Positions 9,724 through 23,642 of a stretch of 64,000 nt of DNA are shown piece by piece; the first letter of the stretch is position 1, and every line of letters starts with the position of its first letter. The notes under the pieces are model-generated. The model made no database searches. It was not told where the DNA came from and saw only the letters and a list, made by a program, of their open reading frames with translations. The DNA is from Salisapilia sapeloensis CBS 127946 (lineage: Eukaryota > Protista > Oomycota). The position numbers and the translations under genes are program-made. The stretch is from NCBI GenBank assembly GCA_023334545.1, contig JAADVB010000029.1, positions 46,818 through 110,817 on the forward strand. Direction: 5' to 3'.

Positions 9724-12700
9724 TTAAAGCACCGATGGGTGCAACGTGTACTGTGGTTCCTTTTGATTACGTAGGCGAGACACTTCCGAGAAGATGCGCT
9801 GGTGCAGCCACAACGACTCGAGGTACTGGTACCGCGCATGGTCTAAGCGCAGTGGCCGACCACGCTGCAGTCCAACATCTTCCTCTCCATGGTCATCCAC
9901 GTACGGACATGGGAAGTGGGCAGCCATACTGCCGCCAATGATAGCCACACGACACTGGTCCAGCAGCAGCACGATACCGACGCCGCCACCACACTCGATC
10001 GCGTGACGAGTACACTCTCCGACGGTCTGACCAGTGGAGATGATCGGGTTCGAGCAGCATGCGTCGCCACAGCACAGCAGGTCGCCACACAAGAGACAGA
10101 CGGCACCATCACTTGGCTTGTCTCCGCAGTTCTCGCACGACTTATCTGACATGGCAGAGTAGAGCTCATCATAGTGCGCCGGGAGTTCAATCAGTCGCGG
10201 CGTCTCCTTGACATCCCGTACGATGAAGAGGCTCGCCATGAAGTTCTCGCTCGCACCCTCTGCATGGTCGCACTTGCTCGAGTTACTCGGAGGTTTCAGT
10301 TGTTGCTTGCTCTGCATGCGATCGAGACACCAGCGCCACACGTGTTCCAGTGCCGGTCGATCTGCCTGGACTAGGTCCTGCAGATTAGGAGTCGACACCA
10401 AGTTGGCATGTGCTCTCGCAGCTTCATCACCCAAGAGACATCGAGCGAACATCTTCATACGACGAATTAGTAGACGATTGCCATCCAAGATCGGCTCCAG
10501 TCGATGCGCAATGTCCTTGACACTCGGTGGCATGAGTTCTTCCGGGATCAAGTCTTCTACCTCCTCAGCTTCCGCCATGAACTGGAGCACCAAGAGAGCA
10601 TAGTAGCTTTCATTCGCTTCTCCCTTGAACTTCGACACGAGTTTATGTAAAGCATCACGAGGCTTGACACGCGGCTTGGTCGTCCGGCTCGTTCTTCCTG
10701 CCATATTACGAATATTCTTCCAGTCGTTACGTGTCCGTGGTCCCTTCTTCCGCTTTCCATACGCAGACGTTAAAAACGACGGCAGATCATGCTCTCGATA
10801 GTCCTTATCAGCTGTAAGTGGAGGCTCTCGCTTACGTTCTTGTAGGAACTCAGTATACAGTCGCTGCAATAGATCCGCTGCAGAGAAGACTGGGAGCAAC
10901 TGCCAGATCATATTCGTGTCTTTCGCTAGCACAGACGAAATGACAAAGCAAGTGAACGGATCTGCTTCAAGCAACCCACGCACTGTCGGTCGTAAACATG
11001 CATCGACAGTACTCAGGAGCGTCGTGTACTTGCGAAAGTCTCTCCTCGTTTCCATATTCACCGGACACGCACGTCGAGCTGTTTCCCACACGATCTTGGC
11101 GTCAGCACAGTGTTCCAACAGTCCAAATGACCAGCGACAGAACTTTGTAACAGACTTGAGCGACGCTAACTCCTTCTCTAACGTCGGTGGACAGTCATCT
11201 ACAAGCGGTTCAAACGTCTGCTTTCCTTCACTCTCCTTATCTGCAACGAGGAGGAAGGATGCGACGGAGAAGGCGCATGCAGGCCATAAGAACGGACCGC
11301 CCTTCTCGAGACTCCCATGCGGTTCCCATAAGTTCGACTCAAAGTACGATCGCCATTGGTTATGCGCAGACGTCCCAGCTCGTTGCCATTCACTCCCTTG
11401 ACCAAGCACAGGACGACACCAGTCCGACGCTTGATCTCGATTCTGAATCACTGTCGGCCACGCATGCATCTTCCTAGCGACCGGCACCATGGCCTTGACT
11501 TCAATGTCTTTATCGACCCCAGACGGATCGGACAGCGGGAGTAAAAAGTTACAAAGCGTCTTGCAGAGCGGACATAAGAACTGGTTCATCATCGAATCTG
11601 GATCAATCGCCTGGACACCATCGAAGTCTTCCCCTCGAATCGCCTTGTCATGCAAAGAAGTGATATACCGGTCCAAGCAGCTCATGTGCACGGCATGCTG
11701 GCACGTACGTACGTGAAGTCCACATGGCGTTGGATCTAGCTTGACACACGTATGCGAATGGAATTCGAGACCAGGAGGTCCACCAAACCGACGCGAGAAA
11801 GGATCTGTCGCAAAGTACTCTTCCTCATCTTCTTCACTATCAAAGTCATACGCTTCGTCTTCTATCGCGTGACGCACGTGCAACGATCTCGCCATCGCAG
11901 CACTCTCGCCATCACTCACAGCCGTTGGAGGTTCCGGTGCAGGCGACGGGGGCGTCAGACTTGAGTTATCCTGCCATTCAATCGCTGCATCCTCCATCGC
12001 TTCTGTTTGTGCAGGAGCTACAGGTGTCGGAGCTGTCGTGTTCGCTTGAGGCTGCGTCTGTCCACGTCTGCGAGCTGCTCGAGGACTCTGACGCTGCTGC
12101 CGATGACGTGCACGTGCAGCAAGGATCGCCAGATTCGGATGTGGTTCATCTATTTCGATCCCTTCGTCGTCAAAGCCTTCATCCGATCCCCACGCATGGA
12201 CATGGGGGAATGGTCGAATGTGAGAAGCACGTGCAGGCACACCAGCATCACCATACGACAGTCCCATACGTACGCACAGGTTGCGCACACTAATTCTCAC
12301 GTCTTCTCCATCACCTTCCACTAGCGCAATCGACGGATCTGGACGGAACCCTGTCGCTAAGACAGTCGACTGATGGACATACGCTGTCACACCCATCTCA
12401 TGCTGCTTGGACGAGTCGTGGCAGAGGATGCACTTGGGTCCTTCTTCCTCTGGTTTATGTCGCTTCGATGCTTCTTGCGCCGTATCCTCCGACAGTCGAC
12501 GCTTCCGACTCGACTCTTCCGCCTCCATCTTTTCTTCCGTCTCGTCTTCATCCTCCATCTTGGACATCATCGCCTGGAATGCCTGCTGCTGCTTCGCCAT
12601 CGCGTCCATCGCTCGCTTCCTCGCTTGTGCCTTCCGATCTTCCAATGTCGGTGCTTCCTTTTTTACCGCTCCATCACTCTCGTTCTTCTTCTCATCACCC

Positions 12701-15700
12701 GAGCGTTTCTCTTCTAGCTGAGCCAAGAGGTCTCGACAGGCGGAAGATCGGTCTTTGAGAGCAAAGACGATCCAACCTAAAGACCCCTTCTGTTCACTAT
12801 CAAACCCGGTCTTGGGTGTGTGATGCAGACGATAAATCAAATGGACGACAGACATATTATCCAGCGACTTGTTCAATGCACATAATTGGTTCCAGTACTC
12901 TTCATTCGCACTACGTGATGCAGTATGGATGCCATGTACGACGAGATGAAGACATGTCGACACGACTGCATCCGATACATCCGTCTCAACGGAACTGGTA
13001 CTCGTCTCGGCACGCAAGACTTTCCATAAGACGATCTGGATAAAGTATACAGCCGACTTGCACGTCAAAATATCTTGAACCGGACGTAAAAACGCGACAG
13101 GCATTCTCGCTGCTTGCAACGGCTCTGGCGGTGGAGACGAAGGATCTTGCTTCGACTGCATCAACTTCCGGCTAACAGTCCACCGATCTCGTGCAAGCTC
13201 ATGCTTCTCTCGATTCAGATGCAAAAAGTAAGGATTATACTTCTCCAACAGCCCTTCCTTGAGTTCATAGCGTCCAGGCTCGATACCGGACGGAGGGACA
13301 AAGTCCGCGACTTCCGAAAGCACGTTCTCGAGCCTCGGGATCGTCACGTCATCTTGACCTGATGGTAGGATCGCTAGTTCAAACAACCTGCTGAAGGACG
13401 ACGGTTTCGCACACAAATGTTGCAGCATTTCATCTGCCAAGAACTCGTGCTCCAGGTCCTTCCCGACGCTACTCGGGAGGTTCGTTCCTAACACGATAAT
13501 CAGACGCAAGAACTCTTCGAGCATCTGAAGCGCTTGTTGTGTGTCGACACCAGGTTCAAGTAAAGCGTAATCCATATCCTTAATCGCTTTCTTCGCCGAT
13601 CCACTCGGTTTATCTAATGGCGGCTGGACGTCTGGACGAATAAAGTACGTTGCCAATTGGAATCGATCTAGTAGCTTGGATAGAACATCATCCGGTCCAG
13701 AAGCGAGGATACCAAGCTGCAAGAGAAAGACATCTGCGTCTTGATAATGAAGACAATACGGCAGCGCAGAGTAGTTATACACTTGTGCAGACATATTCTC
13801 ATCGCCATTCCGACGCCAGAGTTTCGACTGGATCTGCGCTTTAAACACTAGCGCTCGCATCGGCATTTCGATCAAATTCATATAAGCTGAAGCATCCAAT
13901 TGATCCAGTCCAAAGACCTTTAAGAAAGCTTCAGGACTCGACAACTCATCCGTAAAGTCTGGTTTTAATAAAGCCAAGTGACGAATGGACGTCGACAAGT
14001 ACCTGTGCAACGGTTGATGGAACGAGACAGGTTGGCAAGCAACGTTATAGTCGTAGCTAAGGACTGTACGCACCGAGCTCTTCTTCGTCTTGCCACTTCC
14101 TCCGACGCCAGCGATTTCATCCACCGCACGCAACTTCTTCACTTGAATACCATCGTTTATCGCGGCTGAGCGATTCAGAGCGCGACTAGTGATAGGAGCA
14201 ATGAGCTCTGCAACCGTCAGTAGTCGCGCACGCATCTCGTCACGAGTAAAGTCTCGCCAGGTGAGAGGGAAGATCGAGTGCATGCGAATGCCAAGATTAA
14301 ACATACTCAACCAACTATCCGGCTCGTACTCGACGTGGCTCTCTCCAACACCACGTCGCGTCTGCACATCAGCGTTCTGAAGTAACTCGAGCGATGCCAG
14401 CCACGCCTCTAGGTTCCGACGATCACACACGAGTTCATTCGCCATTCCACGGACGTTGAAGACGTACTCGAGGTTATCCGTACAGTGCTTATACTTTTGA
14501 CTACTAAGCGCAGCGTCTTCAACGTTAAGCACTCGATCCTGCGTTCGTATCGCCGAGTTAAAGATCGTCTCGAGAGCTTTTAAAAGCACAGGAACAATCT
14601 CCGGTCGTTCTGGGTGTTGTCGAGCTTGTTCTCGCGTGTATCGTGTGACAAGAGGCGGGACCGTTAGGAATTGGACAGCAAAGTCAAAGACCGTATCTCG
14701 AGAGTTTGCTAGTCCATGCAAAAACGAGTTCGTCAGGTCTTGATAGTTCTCCACGTACGACTCGAGCATACTAGTACGAAAGCGAGTGTCTAGAAGATGT
14801 TCGCGAAGAAGACTGTGCACTTCGTTACTCGCAGTCTTGCTTAAAGCACAGTCATATCGGACGATCAAGTCTAACGCCGAGCTCGGACGAGAGGATCGTC
14901 CTTCCATCGATGCGTGGGTAGAAAACTTACGAATGACGTCAGTACAACCATCACGAATGCTCTGGTGGTGCGTATACACGGACGTCTGCGTCACTTGGTC
15001 GATAAAGACCTGGATGAGTTGGTTATCAAAGGTCGCATCAACTTTCGCATTTGAAGTCGTGGCAGCATCCTTTGGTGGCGGATAGGAATACAATTCGCTC
15101 GTGACAGTCTTCATTTCATTCACCCATTGCGACATGGTCTTATCGACAGATACGACCGATCGAATGATGTCGATAAACTCTGGTTTAAGCTTCGACTGGT
15201 ACTCAGTTAAAAAGTCCTTGACCGTCTTATCTGGATACAATGGCGTCGGAAGAGCATCCATACGTTCACTGACACTCGTACGAGGCTTCTGGAGTGCTTC
15301 GGACACGACTTCAGCAAGACCATCGGACAAGGTACTAATACGCTGGAGACTCTGCATACTGTGCAAGAGCATTCGACGCTGGGATTTCCACCATGAAGGA
15401 AGTACCGACACGTTCGTAGGTTTCTTCGCAATACTCGCAGCCGTGGCAATGCAATGCAGCAGCTCCTTTTCGAGAATAACCACGTCGCTACTTTCATCAT
15501 TCTCTCGAATGAGACTGCGGATTCGAGGTCGAGACATGCCGAGCGTACTCTCGAGATTGCGTAACGTATCATCTAGATGCGTCACGTCGTCCGTATGGAG
15601 GTGGACACCAAAGCGTTTGAATTTCTCCACATTCGCACTTTCGCCATTCGTCTTACTTTCATTCTCTGATCGAGCACGAGTAGCGTCTCTAGCACTGCTT

Positions 15701-16806
15701 TCATTTGATCTAGACGTCTCGTTCGTGTGTCGAGTCGAACGAGACGATGGGTTCCACAGAGATAGATCACCCCGGTACTCTGGTGGTCGTCGATCACCAA
15801 AGACAGACATCTCGAGCGACGTGTAAAAGTCCGATGACTGCATGTCCATGGACTGTGCTTCCTGCTTCAGAGGTGGTGACAACTCTTCCAACGCAGACGT
15901 TGGAATGTTACGAGCAAACACTTCCATGGCATTTGCTAATTCGAAACCATTGTGTAGCACGAGTAAAGAGTCATAGATCTGCTCGACGACAGTATCGACA
16001 GCGATAGGCGCCGCCGTCGCTATCGCCTTCGGAAGCTTTTGCTTTCGAGTTCCAGGTGTCTCATTCGCTTTCACACCTGGATGCTTCGAACAAAAGCCAC
16101 TCGGTTTCCATGCCTTCATTCATATTTGTCAATAATCTATCCTAAAGAATTCATGATACAAGATAAACGTACATGAGGATCTCCACAGTCGCATGAACTT
16201 CCTGCTGTCGTTCGTTGGAAGTAGACGTCATGTCCAGCATGATCACTAATCGATAAATCCACATTAGAGCATGGTATTATCCGTTTTTTAGTAGAATACA
16301 TACCTATGCATGAAGCAATCTTTACAAGTGACACAGGTCGTATCGACCTGACAAGTACGACAGCTATAGGCGATTTCATCTGCGCCAAAGATAGCGCCAC
16401 AGACGCGCTTGCGAGCAGTCCGTTGGAGCCTCGCGACGATTTCAATCGGTTGGCGACTCTTGTCTTTCGCACCAGCACACAGCGCCGTGACCATCGTAAA
16501 GAGCGTGTCTATGGAAATATACCTCTCTCCACCAACCAAAATGCCTCCTTGGCTTTTGTTACAGCCACCGTCCATCATGTATTTGGCCAGGACAGCATAC
16601 TGGAGCACTTGCTGCAGCTCTTCCTGCTGAAACCGTCGCTGTCTCTGCGTACCAGTCTCCTTCGGTGCCTTTCCGACAGTCTTGGCGACCTCGGTCGCAC
16701 TCCTTTTCTTGTCAGCAGCCTTCTTACTCTCCTGCTGACTCTTGGCTTTCTCGACGGCCGACTTGGGCTTCGCCGACACTTTCTTCTTATCACGTAGAGT
16801 GACCAT
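9724..16806 (-). CDS. UBR1: UBR1/UBR2/PRT6-type N-recognin E3 ubiquitin ligase, 3 exons
   Basis: The UBR-box is split by introns 16246-16303 and 16114-16172 (VCGAIFGADEIAYSCRTCQVDTTCVTCKDCFMH|SDHAGHDVY...SCDCGDPH|AWKPSGFCSKH). Also VSFHQPLHRYLS, a split RING-H2 (CILC...TCQHAVHMSC...CPLC) and the C-terminal domain (CLLCG...CGGGVG...PYVDDHGEEDVGLQRGRPLRL). Confidence 0.93.
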
Positions 16807-17874
16807 TTCGTCTGTATTTATACCTAGATGTGTTGAATGCAATGCGTCTACCCTCTGGTGCCACCACAGACGTTCGCTGCCGCCTTCTCCGCTTCCAACT
16901 CGATAGACGGCCGAAGTGAATTTTCAACCAATCTTCGCCTGGTCGTCTTTATCAGTGTTAGAATGAGGAAATGTAACATCTTCAAGAAAGTATGGGTGGA
17001 TCGGAATAAAAGAAGAAATCTTCAAGAGGCAGACATAAGAGTTTTGACGAAATGGGAGGACCGAAGCAAACTTTAGACAGAATGTGAAACCTTGAATGCG
17101 ATGGGAGTATGCACCTAGGAAAACGAGTGGTAAGCGTACATGAAGACAATGAAGGACCAGATCTGGAATAGATAGTTAATGAAGAAGGAGTCAAGGATGA
17201 AGCCTATGACTAGATTAAATGTTTGAATCCTAGGTTGATCTGTTCTATATCCCGGAGGTTAAATGAATTGAGTTTGTATGTGATACTAGAGAGGCTGTAT
17301 ACTCATCAAACACTAGACTAGGAACAGTTTGGCGTACTAGTTTTCTTTTAATCGAATGTATATTTGCTATTCAGTTCGAAGAAGCGAAAGCTTCGTTTTA
17401 GTAAATGATGTGCTTTTACCGGAAATCAGTGTATCCTTTCGACTTTAATAGCAAGCTCTTTGCAACAAAATTTATCGATCATTGCGATGCATAAGTTGAA
17501 ATGAGTTGTTCATAGTACCATTTCAGTTATACACTGAGAGTTCATTCCCATCTTAAGCTTTATTTCGATATCTATGGCGGCATTGGCAAGCTTTCGCTTC
17601 AAATTACTTGGAAATCTGTAAATGCACAAATTTTTACCTTCACTTGGTCCGAAAGGTACTCATTACCGGTAATCTAATGCGACCACCGCTCTGTTACCCT
17701 CTTTTACCCTTTGCACCTGGCATCTTTAATTCATAAGCTCCACTAGATGTGCTTCCTACTTGTTGGCTTAGTTGCATACTCTCATCATGTCAAAGGTTTC
17801 ACATTTTGTCGGAAGTTTGCTCACATGCTCCCATTCTGTCGACTACTCTCGCATCTGTCCCTTCAAGTTCATGA

Positions 17875-18922
17875 ATGGACGTGTCCGTTGTCCATAGCGA
17901 TCAACTGCATGTGGCAGAAGTGAGAGTTGTAGATGATACGAAGGATGTGGTGATGAAACATGCAATGGATTCGTTTGGTCGAATGGATACATTGCGACTG
18001 AGATTATCAAAGGAAGAGGTAGATGAGGTGGACATAGTACGAGTGGAGTTGTGGGATGGCATGATCGAGGACTTGGTATCGGACCAAAATCCTTCGTTCT
18101 TACGACTACGAGGCGAAGTACGAATTGATATGAAGCAGTGGAAGAAAGATGGTGCATGTCGGACGCGATTCTATCAAGTAGAATCGCATGATCCTCATGA
18201 GGTTTCAACATGCCCAGAAGATAGCAAGTTTCTATCTTCCAACTCACATATCGATCCTACCCGTCTCTACTTCCAAGTGAAGCTTGATCGACTACGACAA
18301 AAGCAACATCAGCCAAAGCAAACAAGCAATAAAGATGTCGAGCAAGCCTACGCTTCTGATTTCCACTTTGTCCTTCCGAATCGAAATGTCAAGTACAGCC
18401 GTCCATTTCAACGCACTCAAGCCAGCGAGATCTTCACCAAGGTATCTTGCTCACATGCCATTCCAAATTCAATAGCTAGATCTAGAACGTAGAACCAAGT
18501 GGAGCGTCTTCATGACCTTTTGCCAGCCGTCTTATACGGCAAAACTACCGATGACAATATGAACAAACGATTGTCTCGATCTAGACTCCTTCTCCAATTC
18601 GCATGTCAGTACACGAGCTACTGTACTCACAGCCTTGAAACATATTCCATGTACGCTATCTCCGTCCTTATTTATACCAACAATGATCCTAACGCCTTGT
18701 AACACTAGAAACCTCGATGCGAGACTACATAAGCTACGTGATAGAAAGCAGTATTTACAAGACAAACGACGTCGCTTACGATTGAACCTCGAGTCCTATC
18801 GTCAGCAGCTAGACACAATCACATCTTCCCTCTCTACCTTGCAAAAACTATGCAATCAAGTGGACCCATCTCTACCTTCCGACACACTAGCCTGCACATT
18901 CTGTTCCATATCCAATGAATAA
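17875..18922 (+). CDS. Hypothetical protein, multi-exon, with C-terminal coiled coil
   Basis: A 205-codon ORF, then an intron at about 18442-18492 to NQVERLHDLLPAVLYGK, and a last exon NLDARLHKLRDRKQYLQDKRRRLRLNLESYRQQL ending TAA 18922. Internal splicing uncertain. Confidence 0.55.
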
Positions 18923-18979
18923 AACGTTTCTTGCCATTCAAAGCCAAACTACCGACATACACGTCACTCTTCATTTCAT

Positions 18980-20466
18980 CTAACTCGCACCACTCTTCCG
19001 CTGGTTTCTCGCCATCTTCATCTGGCGCACCTTTTCCCGTCTCGCTTCCAACTCCTGCTTCTTCTTCTCTTCCACCTGTCGTTTGGCATCCTCCCGCTGT
19101 TTCTTCGCTGCCTCCCGTGCCTTTTGCTCTCGCTCTACCTTGGTCTGCTTGAGTTTCATGGCTTGCTCTCTCCTGGTTTCATATCGTTGCCTCTTCTCTT
19201 CCGCTGTCTTCGCTACGGAAGGTCTCGGATTCGCGCTTGATGGAGTCGTAGGCGTCGTAGAGTTGGTGCTAGACACCGATGACGTGCGAGATACTGGAGG
19301 TTTCGATGCTGCAGTCGGAGCAGAAGATACTCGAGGTGTCGACGTCTTCGTCTGCTTTGACGTGGGAGCGGACTTGTTGTACTGCCCATAGCCAGAGCTC
19401 TTCGGTCGTGCAAGTGCAGATCTGCCTCTAGAAGATGTGGAAGAGTCTACACTCGCTCTAGAGTCGGTCATTTTCGATGAAGTGGATGATGCTGGAGTAC
19501 CTGCTGCCAATGCCGATCGGTTTGTACGAGGCGCTGGCGTCGTCGTTTTCGATAACGATGGCTTCTTCGCCGTCGTCAACGCTGATTTTGGTCTCGGAGT
19601 AGTTGTCTTCTTTACTGTAGAAGGAGAAGCTTTGGCTGCTGCTGCATTCTTCGCTGTCGAAGCTGAAGCTTTCGACGCTGCAGTTGGACGTGTGACGCTC
19701 TGTCGTTGCGGTGGCGACGGCTTCGACGGAACTGGTTTGGACACTGGTTTCTGTCGCGTAGGCCTCGAAACGCTCATAGGCGACTGCTTTGGAGCTGGCG
19801 CGTGTTTTGTGAGATGGTCCAACTGGTCCAATGACTTGAGATCTGCTAGGTCTAACGTATTTCCTCGACCACTGGAGGAAGTTGGCGTCGGCACATCCTT
19901 TTGCATCCATCCACCACTTTCTTCTGACCCGATTTCACTGTACACATGTTCCTGATCGGCGTCGTGATTGTCATCCCAGCGAGAGAGACTGTCCGACGTC
20001 GGTGTCTGTGTAAATTGTTCGCCTTCTACTTCCTCCGGTACATTCTCTTCATTCCACTTGCGTCGAACATGATGCGATTCAGAGATGGCACTGCGTGGAG
20101 AAGCAGCAGCATTCCAATCGATTTTCCCCTTTGATGGTAGCGACTGAGGCGCCTTGGCCATTGCTTCCTGATGCTTATTCGTAAGAATCTACTCCATCCA
20201 TTACCACATGAACACCATCAAATCTAGTCGCTAAACGTCTAGAAGAGTACCATTTCCGCTGTGTGGTGTAGCTTGACCGCGACTTCCTCTGGTAGGAAAA
20301 TCTGCTCCCCATCGCTCTGAATGTTATTATACGCTTCGATGATCAAGTCTTCCAGCGCCTCTTGCGAAAGCGAATTCTTATCAGCGTCTACAATTTGCTC
20401 CATCTCCTGCGATCGATTGCTTGCATTCAAGTCATTCTCTTCCTCGTTGTCATACGAGTACTCCAT
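18980..20466 (-). CDS. Low-complexity S/T/P/K-rich protein with acidic N-terminus and basic C-terminal coiled coil, 2 exons
   Basis: ORF 20239-20466 joins ORF 18980-20161 through a phase-0 GT...CAG intron of about 80 nt (AEM|EAMAKAP). The C-terminus EEKRQRYETRREQAMKLKQ... is coiled-coil-like. Confidence 0.7.
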
Positions 20467-20566
20467 CCCTCCTCCTTAAAATTCAAAAAATGACTCGCGT
20501 ACAGTATACATCCCATGAGTAATCTTAAAGAGTCGGAAGCTTAATGTATATTTGCATTGGTAATTT

Positions 20567-22264
20567 CTACACCATTTCCTGCTTCTCGCTATGACTAGTC
20601 GTACTCACAAGTCCATGTCGATTCGTACGCATGGGATTCGACATACCACGTTGTGTATGGCCACCAAATAATGGTTGCATGTGCTTCCGATCAAACTCTT
20701 CCCAACTACGTAATAATGATGCCATGCACCCATGCTCCGCGATATCCATCCACCGATCACGATAGCCAGGATGGCGCAATCGCTGCTCCCAATTGCTGTC
20801 GTATTCATCATCACTCGAGCTTTCTTTCGCAGATTCTTTATCTTCATTTCCATTTTCCTCTTCCGTCGTCTCCTTCTGATTCTGAACGCCTTCCATCGTC
20901 ACGTCCTTCTGACTTCTCGTTGACGTTTCGGAAGCCGTGTCCACTTCCTCCTCATCTTTCTTATGCGCTAGTCCGAGCATGGATAAAAATGGACCTGTGA
21001 GTCCACCAACGACAAGTGTCGTGAACATAACGACAGCTAGTGTCGTGGATTCAATGAGCTTTCGATGGGAATTGCCGTGAGAATCCTTATACGACCAGCT
21101 CTTCGCGAGAGCAAATGCCATGGATCCACGCAGACCAGACACCCAAATGACTGTCATGTGAGACAATGGGATCTTCTGATCTTGGGATCGAGAGCAGTTT
21201 GAAAGACCCAGCAAAGGAAAGATATTCACGAAACGAGCGACAAAGCAAGCTCCTAGTGCTACGAAAATCAACGACCAACTGATCTGGTCGCCATGCAGAG
21301 CCGTGCCAGCGTTCTCTTCATTATGTCCGACAAAGAGCATGACGATAGACACGCCCATAAAGACATAGACTATCGTCTCAGAGATGAAGGCAGCAGTGCG
21401 TAACAAGTGACGGAACGTATGCTGAGCTTCCTTAGACACTGTATGATACTGATAGTGGGCTGTCATCGTACCAGAGATAAAGATCGCAACGATACCACTG
21501 AGGTCCAATGCGACCGTTACAAAGTACGTGAGTAGGCTGACGATGAGGACGAGAGAAATCTCGTACGTGGGGTAGTGACGTAGCATCGACAGGAACTCGC
21601 GTTTAAGAAGGTATCCGCCCGCTAGCGTGATGAGGCCGCCTGCAAGCAAGGAGCAAAAGAACATGCCACCAGTGTTTGCTGCTACGAGCAAAACTTGCTT
21701 TCCTGTGAACTCATGATCAGGTTGCCATTTTTGGAGCGTCTGATACAGAGCAATGGCGACGGCATCGTTCAAGACGCTTTCGCCGAAGACTAGATTAAAG
21801 AGAAGAGGAGGAGCGTTCAGCTTGCTAAAGACCCCAAGCGTAGCGACAGGGTCCACAGCACTTAGTAAGGCGCCAAAGAGGCACATTTCGACCCATGAAA
21901 GGTTGGGTACGAGGCCGTAGTAACCTGCAGCGTAGAGCATACCGCCAGTGGCACAGGCCGATACGATTGTTCCGATAATAGATGTAGACAGGATGGCTGG
22001 AAAGTTGCGGAAGAAAGCACGTCTTTTCACGGCAAACCCACTCTCGTAGATGATCGGCGGTAGTAAAACGTCAAAGAAGAGGTCGTTATCGAGGTTCAAG
22101 TGTGCGTCGAGACTGTTCGTCGCCCATAGCACGAGTCCGACTAATAATCCGATGATTAACGCAAATCCGCTATGAGACAAGAGCATCACCGAGTACTGGT
22201 CCAATGCAAAGGACACGAGTACCAGGAGAAGCAAGAGCACGAGGATCAATATCGTCTCCTCCAT
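20567..22264 (-). CDS. Na+/H+ exchanger, CPA1 family (NHE6-9/NHX-like)
   Basis: LFFDVLLPPIIYESG, LFGALLSAVDPVATLGVF, LVFGESVLNDAVAI, WVSGLRGSMAFALA; multiple TM helices; single exon. Confidence 0.93.
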   Translation of the reverse strand: MEETILILVLLLLLVLVSFALDQYSVMLLSHSGFALIIGLLVGLVLWATNSLDAHLNLDNDLFFDVLLPPIIYESGFAVKRRAFFRNFPAILSTSIIGTIVSACATGGMLYAAGYYGLVPNLSWVEMCLFGALLSAVDPVATLGVFSKLNAPPLLFNLVFGESVLNDAVAIALYQTLQKWQPDHEFTGKQVLLVAANTGGMFFCSLLAGGLITLAGGYLLKREFLSMLRHYPTYEISLVLIVSLLTYFVTVALDLSGIVAIFISGTMTAHYQYHTVSKEAQHTFRHLLRTAAFISETIVYVFMGVSIVMLFVGHNEENAGTALHGDQISWSLIFVALGACFVARFVNIFPLLGLSNCSRSQDQKIPLSHMTVIWVSGLRGSMAFALAKSWSYKDSHGNSHRKLIESTTLAVVMFTTLVVGGLTGPFLSMLGLAHKKDEEEVDTASETSTRSQKDVTMEGVQNQKETTEEENGNEDKESAKESSSDDEYDSNWEQRLRHPGYRDRWMDIAEHGCMASLLRSWEEFDRKHMQPLFGGHTQRGMSNPMRTNRHGLVSTTSHSEKQEMV

Positions 22265-22420
22265 CTCGTGCTGCTAATTGAATACTGCACGTCTTGCCAC
22301 CTCAGCAAATTCACAAATGGCCAATGAAAAATCCAGTTGGAAGCATAGTTGCAATATCATTGGGTGATAAACTAATGGGTTCGCAAAGATCTTGAAAGGA
22401 TGTTTATGCTTATCCTCGAT

Positions 22421-23630
22421 CTACTTGGTAGGCTTCGGCAGACGAGCTTTACGGAAGCGCACAAACGGGAAGATAGCTGCAGCTACGCTGAATGCATACC
22501 TAGTCATCCAAAGGTTAGATGGAGTGTATAGAGATTGTGGATAAGATAAGTACCAGGTGATGGCATAGCCGGCATGCTTTTCCGGTGTCATGTAAAACTC
22601 CATGTAGTTGTGAATCTTCTTACGTAAAGGCGACGCGAGCGTCACATTCTGCTTTTCATCCTCATCCGCTATAGAATTGTTAATCTATACCTACTTGAAG
22701 ATATAGAATAAGAGGTATATACCGAGTGAATCGAGGATGACTGGAAGTTCAGGCATGTCGACGCCCATGGCCTTTGCCATCTCTTCGTCGTTCAGGTAGT
22801 AAAAGTGGCGGCGATCCACTTCATTATCCGGTGTAAATTGGCCTCTCTACAAACCTTGACCAATTAAGTCCCGATCTATCTTTTTAGAATTCAAAACTAC
22901 CTCCTCTCCATGACGCAAGACACCTGTGATGGACACTGGACCAGGCATTTCCTTCTTGTCCATAGCCATGTGCTCATCCAATCGTTCTTTAGGTAGCCAT
23001 CCTCGGTTCACAATGATCGGCGTACCACCGAAGCGTTCCAATAACGTGTAGACGTATCCACCAGAGCGTACGCTGGCAACGCTATCCGTCTCCTCTGCTG
23101 GAGCCGATCGAGGATACAAGTAATACGTGCTGCCAGGCTTGAATTCACCATCGACTTTCAGTCGACGGAACTCGATATCATCACTAGCATCCACGTTAGA
23201 CACCTGTATTACACCAGCTATGAGTTTTGCACTGTACATGTTGCTACTGGCAGTTGCATTCGATGCCAACGGGACTGCAGCCTCCTTGAGCTGCTTGGAA
23301 CGTTCGGCAATCAAATCCACTTTCCAAAAGTAGCGTTGCGTCTGCATAAATTGTTACCAATCTGAAACTACAGCTTTAAGTACCAGTACGCACCTGCCAT
23401 GTGCCTAAATAAGCCGTTCCAGCCGCCTAATGCATGAGTTAATACCGACATTCTCGGCCATTGCGACGTCTACGTACCACAAGGGAGAAGAAGGCGATAC
23501 CGGCATATCGCGTTGCATTACTTTCACTCTGCACATTCTCCGATGCATTTGCAGTTGAAGCAGAGCGCGTAGGAACGAGTGATGACACACGTCCTCGGAG
23601 TCGTGATGGCCGTAGCAATCGCTGCATCAT
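22421..23630 (-). CDS. SURF1: SURF1/Shy1 cytochrome c oxidase assembly factor, about 6 exons
   Basis: Arg-rich presequence MMQRLLRPSRLRGR; spliced LGTWQ|TQRYFWKVDLI; IEFRRLKVDGEF; IIVNRGWLP; ITGVLRHGEE; C-terminal HAGYAITW|YAFSVAAAIF. Confidence 0.9.
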
Positions 23631-23642
23631 TTCTTTTGTTTT

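Noticed and set aside
16850-17870. About 1 kb non-coding stretch with a purine-rich acidic-looking segment (17100-17220)
   Set aside because: Interrupted by stops in all frames; best explained as the divergent promoter/UTR region of UBR1 and the next gene. No tRNA, snRNA or snoRNA signature recognised.
19083-19955. Plus-strand ORFs of 102 and 172 aa and an alternative minus-frame 150-aa ORF
   Set aside because: Antisense or alternate-frame shadows of the S/T/P/K-rich gene 18980-20466.
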